53,916 nucleotides of DNA. Source: a virus. Taxonomy: Duplodnaviria; Caudoviricetes. The translations under genes were made by a program, and so were the position numbers. Under the pieces are notes generated by a model, which searched no databases, was not told the DNA's origin, and was given only the letters and a program-made list of their open reading frames with translations. The stretch spans positions 1 through 53,916 of the IMG/VR virus record IMGVR_UViG_3300035438_000711, one strand, 5' to 3'. Positions 44,419 through 53,847 of the stretch are shown piece by piece. Every line of letters starts with the position of its first letter. Position 1 is the stretch's first letter.

Positions 44419-45810
44419 TCAGCCGAACTTGAGCGCAACAACCGGGCCTGCCTTGGTCGTCGAGCCAAGGTCGTTGACAATCATCGCGTTGCGCGTCGTG
44501 GCAAACGTGAGGGTCTGGTCATATTCGATGTACCGCTCCGAGGCGGTCTTGATCGAGATGGCCCGACGCTCGCCAAAGATCGCCGACTGCGACAGGTCGC
44601 CGAACAGAGCAGCACAGCCAGCAGTCGTGCCGGTCAAACGGCTTTCCATCGGCTGCACCAGCGTGACCGGGTAGCCAAGGAACGTCTCGCCGAATCCTGC
44701 CGCGACGTTGTCGCTGTTGTTGCCACCAGCACCGGACGAGCCGCCGGGGAGCATGGCAAGCCGCAGCATCGCGGAACCCCAGCCAGCCGGGCTGATGTAC
44801 CAGCGGGCGTTGCGGTTGCGAGCGTACAACGGAAGCCGAGCCAACACGTCGGTGAAGTTCTTCATCGTCAGGTCGCCGAAGGTCGTGTTGCTCGTCGCGG
44901 TCACGACCGACGCCGAGTAAGCCGACTGCAGCACCTTGGTGCAGATGCCGGTCACGCCGTGATAAGACAGCCCGCCGTCACCGATAAAGCCCGAGTTGTC
45001 AAACGCTTCGCTGAAAGCCTGTGCCGTCTCGACGGCCATAGCATCAGCGAGGTTGATCACCGAGTCTTCAAGCAGCGAGTTCGGGGTGCGGTTTGCCACG
45101 CCCCAAATCCGTGCGGTCAGTTCCACGTTGTCGAACGTTACGTCCGATGCCGTCACTTCGACGTTCTCGCCAACGGGCCGGGCCGTCAGTCCGCCAGTGC
45201 GGCGGGGGAAGACAAGCGTGTCGGAGTTCATGCTGACGCGCTTCGCGTACTGAGGGAACACACCGAACTCTTCGACAAGGCGGATGATCTCAGAACTGAA
45301 CTCGGGGCTGGTAAGAACGCCGCCGAGATTGTTGATTCCACCAGCCTGCGTGCGGTTTTCAACGCCGTGATCCTTGCACCACCGACGGGCCTCAGCATCG
45401 CCGAACACGTAGCCCTTGAGGTGCATACCGGCACGGTAGGCACGCTCGCTGGCATCCGCACCCTTGAACGCGTGCAGGGGGCCGTGATTCTTCGGGACAG
45501 CGTACTCGCGCTTTTCCACGGCAAACTCCTTGGCTTCTGGGGCAACAACCTTGGCGGGAGCGGAACGCTCCAGCACCGAACGCAATCCCTTCTCCTTGAC
45601 GGCGACGGCCTCAAGGAACTCAATCTTGGCTTTGATCTTCTCGGCCCGCTCGGTCAGCGAACGCAGTGCGTTCTCCTGCTCGTCGGGCATCGCGGCACCG
45701 GCCTCGCCGTCGGGAGCCTCACCCTCGGGGGCTTCCTCTTGTTCCATCGCAGCCTGAATCTGCGCGGTCACGTTCGCAAGTTCGTCGAGCAGTGCCTTGA
45801 TCTTGTCCAC
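44419..45810 (-). CDS. Major capsid protein, HK97 family with delta-like scaffold domain
   Basis: GTG start with AGGAG; GGVLTSPEF, FIGDG, LGYPV, LFGDLS. Confidence 0.93.
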   Translation of the reverse strand: MDKIKALLDELANVTAQIQAAMEQEEAPEGEAPDGEAGAAMPDEQENALRSLTERAEKIKAKIEFLEAVAVKEKGLRSVLERSAPAKVVAPEAKEFAVEKREYAVPKNHGPLHAFKGADASERAYRAGMHLKGYVFGDAEARRWCKDHGVENRTQAGGINNLGGVLTSPEFSSEIIRLVEEFGVFPQYAKRVSMNSDTLVFPRRTGGLTARPVGENVEVTASDVTFDNVELTARIWGVANRTPNSLLEDSVINLADAMAVETAQAFSEAFDNSGFIGDGGLSYHGVTGICTKVLQSAYSASVVTATSNTTFGDLTMKNFTDVLARLPLYARNRNARWYISPAGWGSAMLRLAMLPGGSSGAGGNNSDNVAAGFGETFLGYPVTLVQPMESRLTGTTAGCAALFGDLSQSAIFGERRAISIKTASERYIEYDQTLTFATTRNAMIVNDLGSTTKAGPVVALKFG

Positions 45811-45884
45811 GGTTGGAATCTCCTGTGTGCGAATCATGGCAACGCGGACGCGTCGCCTACGCTTGAAACTAAATGCTCGCCCCG

Positions 45885-46085
45885 TCACCCATCCAGAACG
45901 GAAGAGCGCGGCAGTAAACTACTCGCCCGGCGAACCTCGCGGGCCAGCAGCACATGCTTGTCGGTGCAGCCGCACTCCGTGCAGCGCAGGTACCGAATCT
46001 GGTACTCGCCCTGCTGCTGACTGCTTGCAACAAGCAGCCTGCCGCCCCGGCATTTCTGGCACGAATCCCCGGCTTTAGCGGCCAT
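45885..46085 (-). CDS. Small zinc-ribbon protein
   Basis: CQKC...RYLRCTECG. Confidence 0.7.
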   Translation of the reverse strand: MAAKAGDSCQKCRGGRLLVASSQQQGEYQIRYLRCTECGCTDKHVLLAREVRRASSLLPRSSVLDG

Positions 46086-47088
46086 GATTCCTCAAGAACG
46101 CGTGAAGGTCTGGCAACTGCCTGCGGAGGTCGGTCGTGACCGCAAGCCGTCGCATCCGCCCTTGGCGAAACTGGTCATACGAACGCTTCGCAACCGTCAC
46201 GTCGGCGTCGGGGTAGGCTGGGAACGTGGTCGGGGAAACGTCAATCAGCGAATCAACTCGCTTGATCGTCCGCACACTGCGGCCTTCTTCGACGCTCCAA
46301 TCATCGCCACCGGCTCCAACCGTGAACGCAAAGGAACTGCCCCGCACAATATTTGCTTTGATGTTCGCAGCGATGTCTTTGCCGTAGGACGTGTCGGGCA
46401 CGGGAAACTCGTACCGCAGGCCGATGTCGTCAACGGTCAGCCGCAGCGTTTCGGGATAGCGAGCGAGCGGGAAGTTGGCGTCGTGGTTCCACAACGCACG
46501 CGTCTGCAGTGGCTTCTTGCGGCCACGCCGCTCGGTGACGAGTGCGAACGCACCGGGATCAAGCCGCTCAACAAAATCCCCCAAGTCGAGTGACAGCACT
46601 CCGAACTTCGCAGCGTAGCCGACGATCCACTCCTGCGAGGCGTCGCTGCCCTCTTCGCTCCGCGTCTCAACGGAGAGCAGCGGCGTAGGGGATTCAATCT
46701 CGTCAAGGATCAGTGAGCGGCGTTCGACGTTCATTTCCATGCTCCTGTTGTTGTCTGCTGCGTCAATCTGCTTGGTCAGTTTGCTTGCCCATGCCTGCCC
46801 CGGATCGCCGCCCCACAAAGCCCACGCAATCCGGCCAGCACTCGGGAATCCATCCTCACCGGGGCTGAATCCTTCGCCCTTCTTGTCCACTTCGTGCCGG
46901 GCGAAATAACTCGCCATTCGCTTCGCCGTGTCGGGCGAGATGTTCGTGCCGTTCGACAAGTCTCTCGCACGGGCAACGCCGACTGCGGTGCCGCCCCGGT
47001 TGAACTCGTCACGCCACGCCAGCCCCTTCGCGGCTTCGTCGCGGACGCCAGACGGCGGCGAGAAGTCAATGTGGTCATACTTCGCCAT
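46075..47088 (-). CDS. HK97-family prohead protease with extra N-terminal domain
   Basis: GYAAKF, ALWNHD, GSSFAF, DVSPTTFPAY. Confidence 0.9.
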   Translation of the reverse strand: MAKYDHIDFSPPSGVRDEAAKGLAWRDEFNRGGTAVGVARARDLSNGTNISPDTAKRMASYFARHEVDKKGEGFSPGEDGFPSAGRIAWALWGGDPGQAWASKLTKQIDAADNNRSMEMNVERRSLILDEIESPTPLLSVETRSEEGSDASQEWIVGYAAKFGVLSLDLGDFVERLDPGAFALVTERRGRKKPLQTRALWNHDANFPLARYPETLRLTVDDIGLRYEFPVPDTSYGKDIAANIKANIVRGSSFAFTVGAGGDDWSVEEGRSVRTIKRVDSLIDVSPTTFPAYPDADVTVAKRSYDQFRQGRMRRLAVTTDLRRQLPDLHAFLRNHGR

Positions 47089-48982
47089 CGGACTTCTTTC
47101 TGCGGCTCCGCTTTTTTGCTTCCGGTGCTGGCTTGTCGGTGATCGTCTGCGGCGAGTCATCGACCCAAACGTCCACGTTGATCCCAGCGGCCTCGGCCGC
47201 ATCGGCCTTGAGCATGTCGCCGCCGACGAGCAGCACCTGCGAGAACGCTGACGCGTAATCGCCAAGCGCCTCCGTGACCGTCTGGCGATCCTCCTCCGGT
47301 CGCCGCGAAATCATCACAACTGTGTTTCCCTCCGCAGCCGACTTGCGGGCAAACTCGCCCCACATCTGCGGATCAGCAGCGAACGTGCGGTCGAAGTCAA
47401 TGCTGACCGTCATCGCACGCGGCTCGGGCAGCGACCGGCCAAACGGTGCGGCGGGCGCGGGCGCGGGCGTTGGCAGCGGCGTGGCGTCGGTCGCCACGCC
47501 AGCCAGGATCGCCGTCACCTGCGCGGGCGATATGCTTGGGAACGACGCGGCGATAAGCGCCGCCGCACCGTCCTTGGTCAGCAGGCCAGCGGGCACCTGT
47601 GACAGAATCGCAATCAGCCCCGTAATCTGTGCCCCGTTCAGCGACACGTCCGCAACTTGTGGTGCCTCAGGCTGCGCCGGTTCGGCTGGCACCGGCGTGG
47701 CCGGTGCTGGCTCCTCCGCTGCCGCTGCCGTGCCACCGGCGACCGCCTGTCCGTCGATCCCGCTGCCGGGTTGCTGCTGGGCCAGCACGTCGCCCTCGGA
47801 GGGCGGGGCACCAAGCGTGCCCATGTTGAGCGGCCGGTAGCGAACGTCGCCGCCCTCGACGGGGTTGCGGTTTTCAAGTTCCAAGATGTCGTTTGTCGAA
47901 AGCGCCCCCACGTCCCACATCGCCCGGTAGTAAGCCGACCGCGATGCCGAGTCGCCGCGAAGCAAACCGCGCACGTCGAACTCAACTTGGTAGCGGTCGT
48001 CGTCTTCAATCAAGTCACGCATAAACGCAGACTCGAAACGTCGCAGCCACGGCAGGATCGTGTGCTGCACGAAGTCCAAACCCGCGTGTTCAATCGAGCC
48101 GTAGCCGCCGTTCATCACACCAAGCAAGTGCATCGGCACGCGGAACAATCTGGCAATCTCAGCCAACTGGTAGGTTCGCGCCTCAAGAAATTGCGCATCG
48201 GTGTTGCTTGATTGCGGAATGTCATAAGGCCGCAGCCCGCCCGTGAGGACTGCGGTGTTGTGCGAGTTGCCGACGCCGCCGTGGCGTCGATCCCACTGCG
48301 ACCGCAACTGCTCGCGGGCCTCGGCGTTCAACTGCCCGTCGGTAGACAGCACGAAGCCGGGGCGGGCACCGGCGGCAAAAAACCTCGCCCCGTGCAACTC
48401 GCACGCGCGGGCCAACGCAATCGCGTCTTTGCACTCAGTCACCAGCGAGATGCCATGCACGCCGTCGTCGGACGGGCCGCGAACGTGCAGGATTTGCTCT
48501 TCGGAATAAACCGTTTCCGAGCCGCGTTCCTCGCGGTACTTGTATCGCAGCCGCCCGTTCTCGATCCGCTCCACAGTCATGCGGCTCGGGTGCAACGGCA
48601 CGATCTGGTCAACGGCACCGGACGGGCCTGACTTCAGTTCGCTAAAAGCATCGCCCCACAAGGCAACGTGAAAAACGGCCTGCTCCCGCCACTCGAACGA
48701 AGTCTGCCAAGCGTTCGGCTGCTGGTGCAGTTTTCGGTACAGCGGCAGTTCGCGGGCCTCGCGTTTGCCCCCGGTCTTCACCCGCTCAAGAACGTGGAGC
48801 GGCAGGCTGGCAACCGTCTCGCTCAAAATCCTCAAACACGCAAACACGGCAGTGACTTGCGTGGCGTTGGTCGCGTCGATGCGGACGCCAGCGGCGTTGC
48901 GGGAACTGCCGCCGCCGTCCTCGTCCCACATTCGTTCTTCGCCGGGGAGCCAGAGGATTCTGTTTTCGTTTTGGGCGATCAT
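47075..48982 (-). CDS. HK97-family portal protein with C-terminal HAD-like domain
   Basis: AVFACLRILSETVASLP, IARLFRVP, LLRGD; C-terminal DFDRT...SRR...K...VDD. Confidence 0.92.
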   Translation of the reverse strand: MIAQNENRILWLPGEERMWDEDGGGSSRNAAGVRIDATNATQVTAVFACLRILSETVASLPLHVLERVKTGGKREARELPLYRKLHQQPNAWQTSFEWREQAVFHVALWGDAFSELKSGPSGAVDQIVPLHPSRMTVERIENGRLRYKYREERGSETVYSEEQILHVRGPSDDGVHGISLVTECKDAIALARACELHGARFFAAGARPGFVLSTDGQLNAEAREQLRSQWDRRHGGVGNSHNTAVLTGGLRPYDIPQSSNTDAQFLEARTYQLAEIARLFRVPMHLLGVMNGGYGSIEHAGLDFVQHTILPWLRRFESAFMRDLIEDDDRYQVEFDVRGLLRGDSASRSAYYRAMWDVGALSTNDILELENRNPVEGGDVRYRPLNMGTLGAPPSEGDVLAQQQPGSGIDGQAVAGGTAAAAEEPAPATPVPAEPAQPEAPQVADVSLNGAQITGLIAILSQVPAGLLTKDGAAALIAASFPSISPAQVTAILAGVATDATPLPTPAPAPAAPFGRSLPEPRAMTVSIDFDRTFAADPQMWGEFARKSAAEGNTVVMISRRPEEDRQTVTEALGDYASAFSQVLLVGGDMLKADAAEAAGINVDVWVDDSPQTITDKPAPEAKKRSRRKKSDGEV

Positions 48983-50586
48983 ATGAAAAAGATTTCGGGG
49001 GTGTCGTCTGGCTTGTGTTCGCTACCGATCCAACTGCCGATGCTCTGGCACAGTGCCACGATGCCGTCGATACGCTCCGTTGATTTCGCCTTGCTTGGGA
49101 AAATGTTTCCGTACCTGTCTTCGTGAACGGCCGCGTTGCCAGCACACCACGAAAGCACCGGATGCCCGGCGTGGCGAATCTTGGAATTGGCTATCAAGTT
49201 CTCCAGAGCCTTGGCAGGCGCGCTCATGGCGCGACCGCCCTGCGGGTATCCTTTCACGTCTACCCCGTCCCCTTGCAGCATATTGGCGATCATTTGCCCG
49301 TTGAATTTCAAATCGACCACCAACTGCCGCACGCTGTACTGCTCACAAATCGCGGTTATGTCGCGGTGCAGCACGGTGTAGTCGGTCACGTTCCCGTCGG
49401 TCGTGCGGAGGTGCCCGTCGCGTATCCAATCCAGATACGGCACCTTGTCCCGCTGGCTCCGCTCGACCGCGTTGGATTCTGGAATCCAGAAGAACGGCAG
49501 CACGTCAATGCTCCCGTCCTCGGGATCGGGGCACACCAGCACCAGTGCGGTCAAGTCGTAGGTCGTCGCAAGATCAAGGCCCGCGTACACAGGCCGGTCG
49601 CCGAACTCGCGGAGCGGCACCGACCCCTGCTGCCACGTTTCCGGCGACAGCCACCGCACGTCGGAAGAAGTCCAAGTGTTAAGCCGGTAGCGGAGGAAAG
49701 AATTGAGTTTCGTCGGCGACTGCTCGGCCTCCTTCGCGTCATGGGCAAAGTCGTCGGGCTTGATCGTCACGCCCCACGAAGGGTTCGCCTGCGGCCATGT
49801 GTCGGGGTCTTTCCAATCGGCGTCGGCTTCCATTTCGTGGATGCAGGAGAAGAACGTCGGGTCGTGTTTCCAGTTCGCCGCAACCGCCTTCGCGTACTGG
49901 TATTGCTCGTAGCAGATACCCTTGCGGTCGTAGCCCGCAGTCGTTATCGAAACGAGGAGCGGTTGTTCTCGGGCCGCACCGCCGTACCTTAATGCGTCCC
50001 ATAATTTTCTGTCTTTTTGAGCGTGCAGTTCGTCGAACAAAAGCCCGTGAATATTGAGTCCTTCGGCTCGAAAAGCGTCAGCAGACAGCACGCGATAGAA
50101 CGACGCTTCTTTGCGGTATGCAATCGTGCGGCGGGAATCAACAACCTCCAGCACGCGGGACAACTGCGGCGAGGCCCGCACCATGCTTGCCGCCTCGCGG
50201 TAAACCACCGATGCCTGCTCACGGTCAGCAGCCGCCCCGTACACTTCGCAGCCGTTTTCGCCGTCCATGACCAGCAAATAGAGGCCGATGCCCGCCAGCA
50301 GCGTGGACTTGCCCTGCTTCTTTGCCGTCGAGATGTACGCCACGCGGAACCGCCGCGTGTCGTCGGACAGCCGCTTCCAGCCGAACAACTCACCGATCAT
50401 CACCGCTTGCCACTCAAGCAGCGTGAACGGCTGGCCCGCGTGTTTTCCTTTGGAGTGCCGCAGCCACTCTTCAAAGAATCCGATAGCGTGCTTCGCCGCG
50501 TCGGGGTCGAAGTAGTAATCAAGCCCCGCTAGGGCGGCGTCGCTTCGCAGCGTAGGCGGCAACCGGGTCTGTATCTGCGTTTCCAT
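48979..50586 (-). CDS. terL: Terminase large subunit
   Basis: AKKQGKS, FDELH, ITTAG, GLDLA, RIDGIVA; exact start uncertain. Confidence 0.95.
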   Translation of the reverse strand: METQIQTRLPPTLRSDAALAGLDYYFDPDAAKHAIGFFEEWLRHSKGKHAGQPFTLLEWQAVMIGELFGWKRLSDDTRRFRVAYISTAKKQGKSTLLAGIGLYLLVMDGENGCEVYGAAADREQASVVYREAASMVRASPQLSRVLEVVDSRRTIAYRKEASFYRVLSADAFRAEGLNIHGLLFDELHAQKDRKLWDALRYGGAAREQPLLVSITTAGYDRKGICYEQYQYAKAVAANWKHDPTFFSCIHEMEADADWKDPDTWPQANPSWGVTIKPDDFAHDAKEAEQSPTKLNSFLRYRLNTWTSSDVRWLSPETWQQGSVPLREFGDRPVYAGLDLATTYDLTALVLVCPDPEDGSIDVLPFFWIPESNAVERSQRDKVPYLDWIRDGHLRTTDGNVTDYTVLHRDITAICEQYSVRQLVVDLKFNGQMIANMLQGDGVDVKGYPQGGRAMSAPAKALENLIANSKIRHAGHPVLSWCAGNAAVHEDRYGNIFPSKAKSTERIDGIVALCQSIGSWIGSEHKPDDTPEIFFI

Positions 50587-51046
50587 TTGTCGTAGATACC
50601 TGTGACCGACTGCTTGGCGTCATGCCGAACTCTTGCTCAATCCGCAGCATCGCAGCGTGATGGCGGTGCATCTGCGTTGCCCACGGGGCAACCTGCGTGT
50701 ACTTGATTCGCAGCCGACCGTCGGTGCGGTTCGGGTCTGGCTCCCAGTGCGTAACTTCCTCGCCGCCGACCTTCACCTTCTCATAGCACGCAAGGTACAG
50801 CACCGCCTCGATGCAGTACCGCGTCAGCGTCGGCACGTCGGCCTCGGTCAGCACCCGCATCCGCGCGAGTTTCGGCACCATCTCGTTCCAGACTTCTGCG
50901 GCCTTGCCGTCGAGCGTCTTGGGCGGCGGGAAGTCCTGCGGCACCAACTCCGGTGTCGGCTCGCTCGACGGCAGCGAATCCTTCGACGGGTTGCCGCGAA
51001 TGTATTTCAGAATCGACGGTTCGGGCGGGGGGCCGCGTTTGCCCAT
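50519..51046 (-). CDS. terS: Terminase small subunit, P27 family
   Basis: MGKRGPPP...GNP...RYC...EFGMTPSSR. Confidence 0.92.
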   Translation of the reverse strand: MGKRGPPPEPSILKYIRGNPSKDSLPSSEPTPELVPQDFPPPKTLDGKAAEVWNEMVPKLARMRVLTEADVPTLTRYCIEAVLYLACYEKVKVGGEEVTHWEPDPNRTDGRLRIKYTQVAPWATQMHRHHAAMLRIEQEFGMTPSSRSQVSTTNGNADTDPVAAYAAKRRRPSGA

Positions 51047-51061
51047 TGAGGAAGTCTCCTG

Positions 51062-51772
51062 CTATCGAATCAAAATCTCATTGGGCCTGCGAGGGTTGTC
51101 TCTGACCATCCCAGGCCACTTGCTCTTCAAGTAGTCAATCATCTTTTGCTCAAGGGCGGCAGTGCGATAACTGCAAGCGCCGCCACGATTTGTCCTGTGC
51201 GCGAAAGTCGCAAGGATAGCGTTGAGCCGAACAACGACGCCGTACTGCTTTATGTGCTGCAGCGTGTAGTCGTAGTCTTCCTTGAGACTCATGGCTTCGT
51301 CAAACCTAAGCGGCGTGCGACGAACAGCAATCATGTCCCCAACGATGAATCCGTTTGTTTGAATTGGCTTGAGCGGATTGAAATAAAATGAGTTTGCTGT
51401 TGGGGCCATGCCTGCTAGTCGCGCGCCGGATTTCTTCATTTCTTTTAACATGAAGTCAACCGCCTCGTCGCACTTTAATTCGCGCTTGCTGTCCTTGCTT
51501 TCTGCGAAATGCAACTTTCCGAGGTCGTCGCTCAACTCAACGACATATTCACAATCTGCGAATCCTGCATCAAGAGCGGCGTTGCGGCTGCGACAAAGAG
51601 CACCAGACTCTACAACGCACGCTGCGCCCGCAGCGGCGTACTCGCGGCCCTCTCCTCGCCCGACGAACCAAGTTGCTTCGCCGCATTTTTCTTGCATCGA
51701 CGAAACGGACGCGGAGCGTTTGTGCGAAATAACGGAAACGAAACAAGACTCCCCGCCGATTATGCGATTCAT
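51062..51772 (-). CDS. TET-associated (GREB1/JGT-like) glycosyltransferase
   Basis: SHKR, SRN, LSDD, KEDYD..LQ, N.GG...R, L..KWPG; coupled to the TET gene. Confidence 0.8.
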   Translation of the reverse strand: MNRIIGGESCFVSVISHKRSASVSSMQEKCGEATWFVGRGEGREYAAAGAACVVESGALCRSRNAALDAGFADCEYVVELSDDLGKLHFAESKDSKRELKCDEAVDFMLKEMKKSGARLAGMAPTANSFYFNPLKPIQTNGFIVGDMIAVRRTPLRFDEAMSLKEDYDYTLQHIKQYGVVVRLNAILATFAHRTNRGGACSYRTAALEQKMIDYLKSKWPGMVRDNPRRPNEILIR

Positions 51773-52653
51773 CCTGTCATCGACTCCCCTCGTTTGCGGT
51801 TCTTCGCCCACTCAACTTCCTCTCGGGCCGACTTGCAGTGAATCATCTTCTCGCGGTAGTAGAAGACGAGCGTGATGCGCTCGTAACCGGCCCGCATGTT
51901 CTTGAACCCGGTGTTGCTGTGCCACTCGTGAACGTCCGCGAGGCACAGGCACCCGTGCGCAAAGTTCACCGCAACGCGGTAGGCCGGGAACACCAAATAA
52001 GCCCCGTCGTACTTGTCGTTCCGCAGGCACGACATCACTCCGAATCCTGAGTGTAGGTCACCGGCGTCCTTGTGCGTGGCGGTCTGGAAGTTCTTGTTGA
52101 CGGTGACGGTTGTGAATGTGCTTTGAGGGATAACCCAATCCGACGCAGTGCGGCTGGCGTGCTCGCGTTGAACCTCCCACCGGTCAGGCATGAACTCGCG
52201 GAAGCCTTCGTCGGCCCTTGCGATATATGGGAGGAACCGTTTCCACGCCGCCGCTTCAGATATGAGGAATGCGGTTTGCCTGCAAAAAGGAAATCGGGGG
52301 TTCCTGTCAAAGTAGCCCGCGATGCCGCTCGCCACTGGTTTTGCGTGTGATGTGTTTGTTCGCCTGCCACTTTTTGTGAACGAAGGCGCATTCGCTTGGC
52401 CTTCCCTGACAGTCCCCGACGCCATGCCTCTGTTTGTAGTTGGCTGCGCGACCTTGCGGCACGTCGGCAAGACGGACCTGCACAACTCTTCCGAGAACCA
52501 GCCGGGGCGGTATTTCAGCAGCGGTGTCCCGTCGGGCTTGTATACGTCGCAAGGCTCGCTGCCGCCAACGAGCGTATCGTAGTGCGACTCGTCCAATTGC
52601 TGGCCGTAGAGCCGGTCTGCTTCAACTTGCACGTCACAACGAATTGACCGCAC
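51769..52653 (-). CDS. TET/JBP-family 2-oxoglutarate Fe(II) dioxygenase
   Basis: FTTVTVNKNFQTATHKDAGD (HxD), DVHEWHSNT, RITLVFYYRE; GTG 52653 with GGAGG. Confidence 0.88.
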   Translation of the reverse strand: MRSIRCDVQVEADRLYGQQLDESHYDTLVGGSEPCDVYKPDGTPLLKYRPGWFSEELCRSVLPTCRKVAQPTTNRGMASGTVREGQANAPSFTKSGRRTNTSHAKPVASGIAGYFDRNPRFPFCRQTAFLISEAAAWKRFLPYIARADEGFREFMPDRWEVQREHASRTASDWVIPQSTFTTVTVNKNFQTATHKDAGDLHSGFGVMSCLRNDKYDGAYLVFPAYRVAVNFAHGCLCLADVHEWHSNTGFKNMRAGYERITLVFYYREKMIHCKSAREEVEWAKNRKRGESMTG

Positions 52654-53272
52654 TTCGCATTGCCTCCAAAACTGTGTCGGTAAGGTTGTCTGTTCCGTGT
52701 CGCTCGCCAAGCGTTGCGCACGCTTCGTGAAAGTCGGCGATGTTTGTCTCGCTCAGAAACAACTGAACCATTCGCACGCCCGCAAGTACGGCTTCGTCGG
52801 CGTCGTCGTCATCTTCGCCATGCGGCGGTTCTTCCGCGTCGTGCAACTCCCCGCCGTTGCTGAACAGCCCCGCCGCCTCTGCCGTGCGGCCCAGCAATTT
52901 TGCCAGCGATTCGTTGCCTGTGTCGATTGACTCAAACAAACTCTGCGCCGCAACGGAGTCAATGTCTGCCATTTGTTTCATTGGATCGAGCGTCAGCAGT
53001 AACTTGTCCGCCTCGCTCTCGGTAACGTCCAGAACGAGCACAGGCAACTTGCCGCCTTTGGCTAGTTCAAGCCGTAGGTGGCCGTCGATTAGCATCAGCC
53101 GCCCGTCCGGCAGTTCCCTCGCAAGCGCTGCGGCAGCGCACCCGACTTCTTCAAGGATTCCCTCCATCGCCTTGCGCTGTCCTTCCGGATGCTCTCTCCA
53201 GTTCTTTGGATTTGGGAGAACGTCTTCACAAGAGACGAACCGCAACTCTTTCACCCTGTCTCGAATGTTCAT
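52634..53272 (-). CDS. ParB/Srx-like domain protein (paralogue 2)
   Basis: PNPKNWREH, LIDGHLR; C-terminal VRMVQLF...TDTVLEA. Confidence 0.85.
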   Translation of the reverse strand: MNIRDRVKELRFVSCEDVLPNPKNWREHPEGQRKAMEGILEEVGCAAAALARELPDGRLMLIDGHLRLELAKGGKLPVLVLDVTESEADKLLLTLDPMKQMADIDSVAAQSLFESIDTGNESLAKLLGRTAEAAGLFSNGGELHDAEEPPHGEDDDDADEAVLAGVRMVQLFLSETNIADFHEACATLGERHGTDNLTDTVLEAMRSAVNSL

Positions 53273-53847
53273 TTCGCGGCCTCCCGCGTCACTGCTTCAA
53301 GGACGGTGTCCGTCACCCCATCGGTGCCATACTCTGCAGCAAGACGGCTCGAAAGTTCGTGAAACTCCAAGACGTTGTCTTGGTCGAAAAACAACTGAAC
53401 CACGCGTATTCCGGGTGTCGCGTCGGTGTCGGTCGATGGGTCTGGCTCGTATGGATCGTCTGGCTTCGCAAGTTCGCGCAGCCTGTCAACAACGTCGTCA
53501 AACGATCGGCTGAGTTCGGCGAACGCTTCGGAATTTGTTTTTGCCATGCCTGCGACGGGGTCAAACGTCGCCAAAATCTTGTCGCCCTCTTCCTCGGTAA
53601 CGTCGAGGACGATTACCGGGATGAGCGAAGTGCTTGCCGTCTCCGCTCGCAGGTGCCCGTCGAGCAGCATGAGGCTCCCGTCTGGAAGTTCCCTTGCTAC
53701 GCAGGCGTTTGCCATGCCGATTTCTGCAAATGCCTTTCGCAGTGCGTTGTGCTGCGACTCCGGGTGCGTTCTCCAGTTCTTCGGATTGGGCCGGAGGTCG
53801 CCCGCCGGGACTCTCCGCAACTCTTTAACGCGGTTTCGGATGTTCAT
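53269..53847 (-). CDS. ParB/Srx-like domain protein (paralogue 1)
   Basis: PNPKNWRTH, LLDGHLR; C-terminal IRVVQLF...TDTVLEA. Confidence 0.85.
   Translation of the reverse strand: MNIRNRVKELRRVPAGDLRPNPKNWRTHPESQHNALRKAFAEIGMANACVARELPDGSLMLLDGHLRAETASTSLIPVIVLDVTEEEGDKILATFDPVAGMAKTNSEAFAELSRSFDDVVDRLRELAKPDDPYEPDPSTDTDATPGIRVVQLFFDQDNVLEFHELSSRLAAEYGTDGVTDTVLEAVTREAAK

Noticed and set aside
44365-46020. Long plus-strand ORFs (also 35560-36606, 37823-39010, 14956-15999, 11721-12800, 22237-23163)
   Set aside because: Antisense to well-supported genes; expected from GC-rich codon bias; no motifs.
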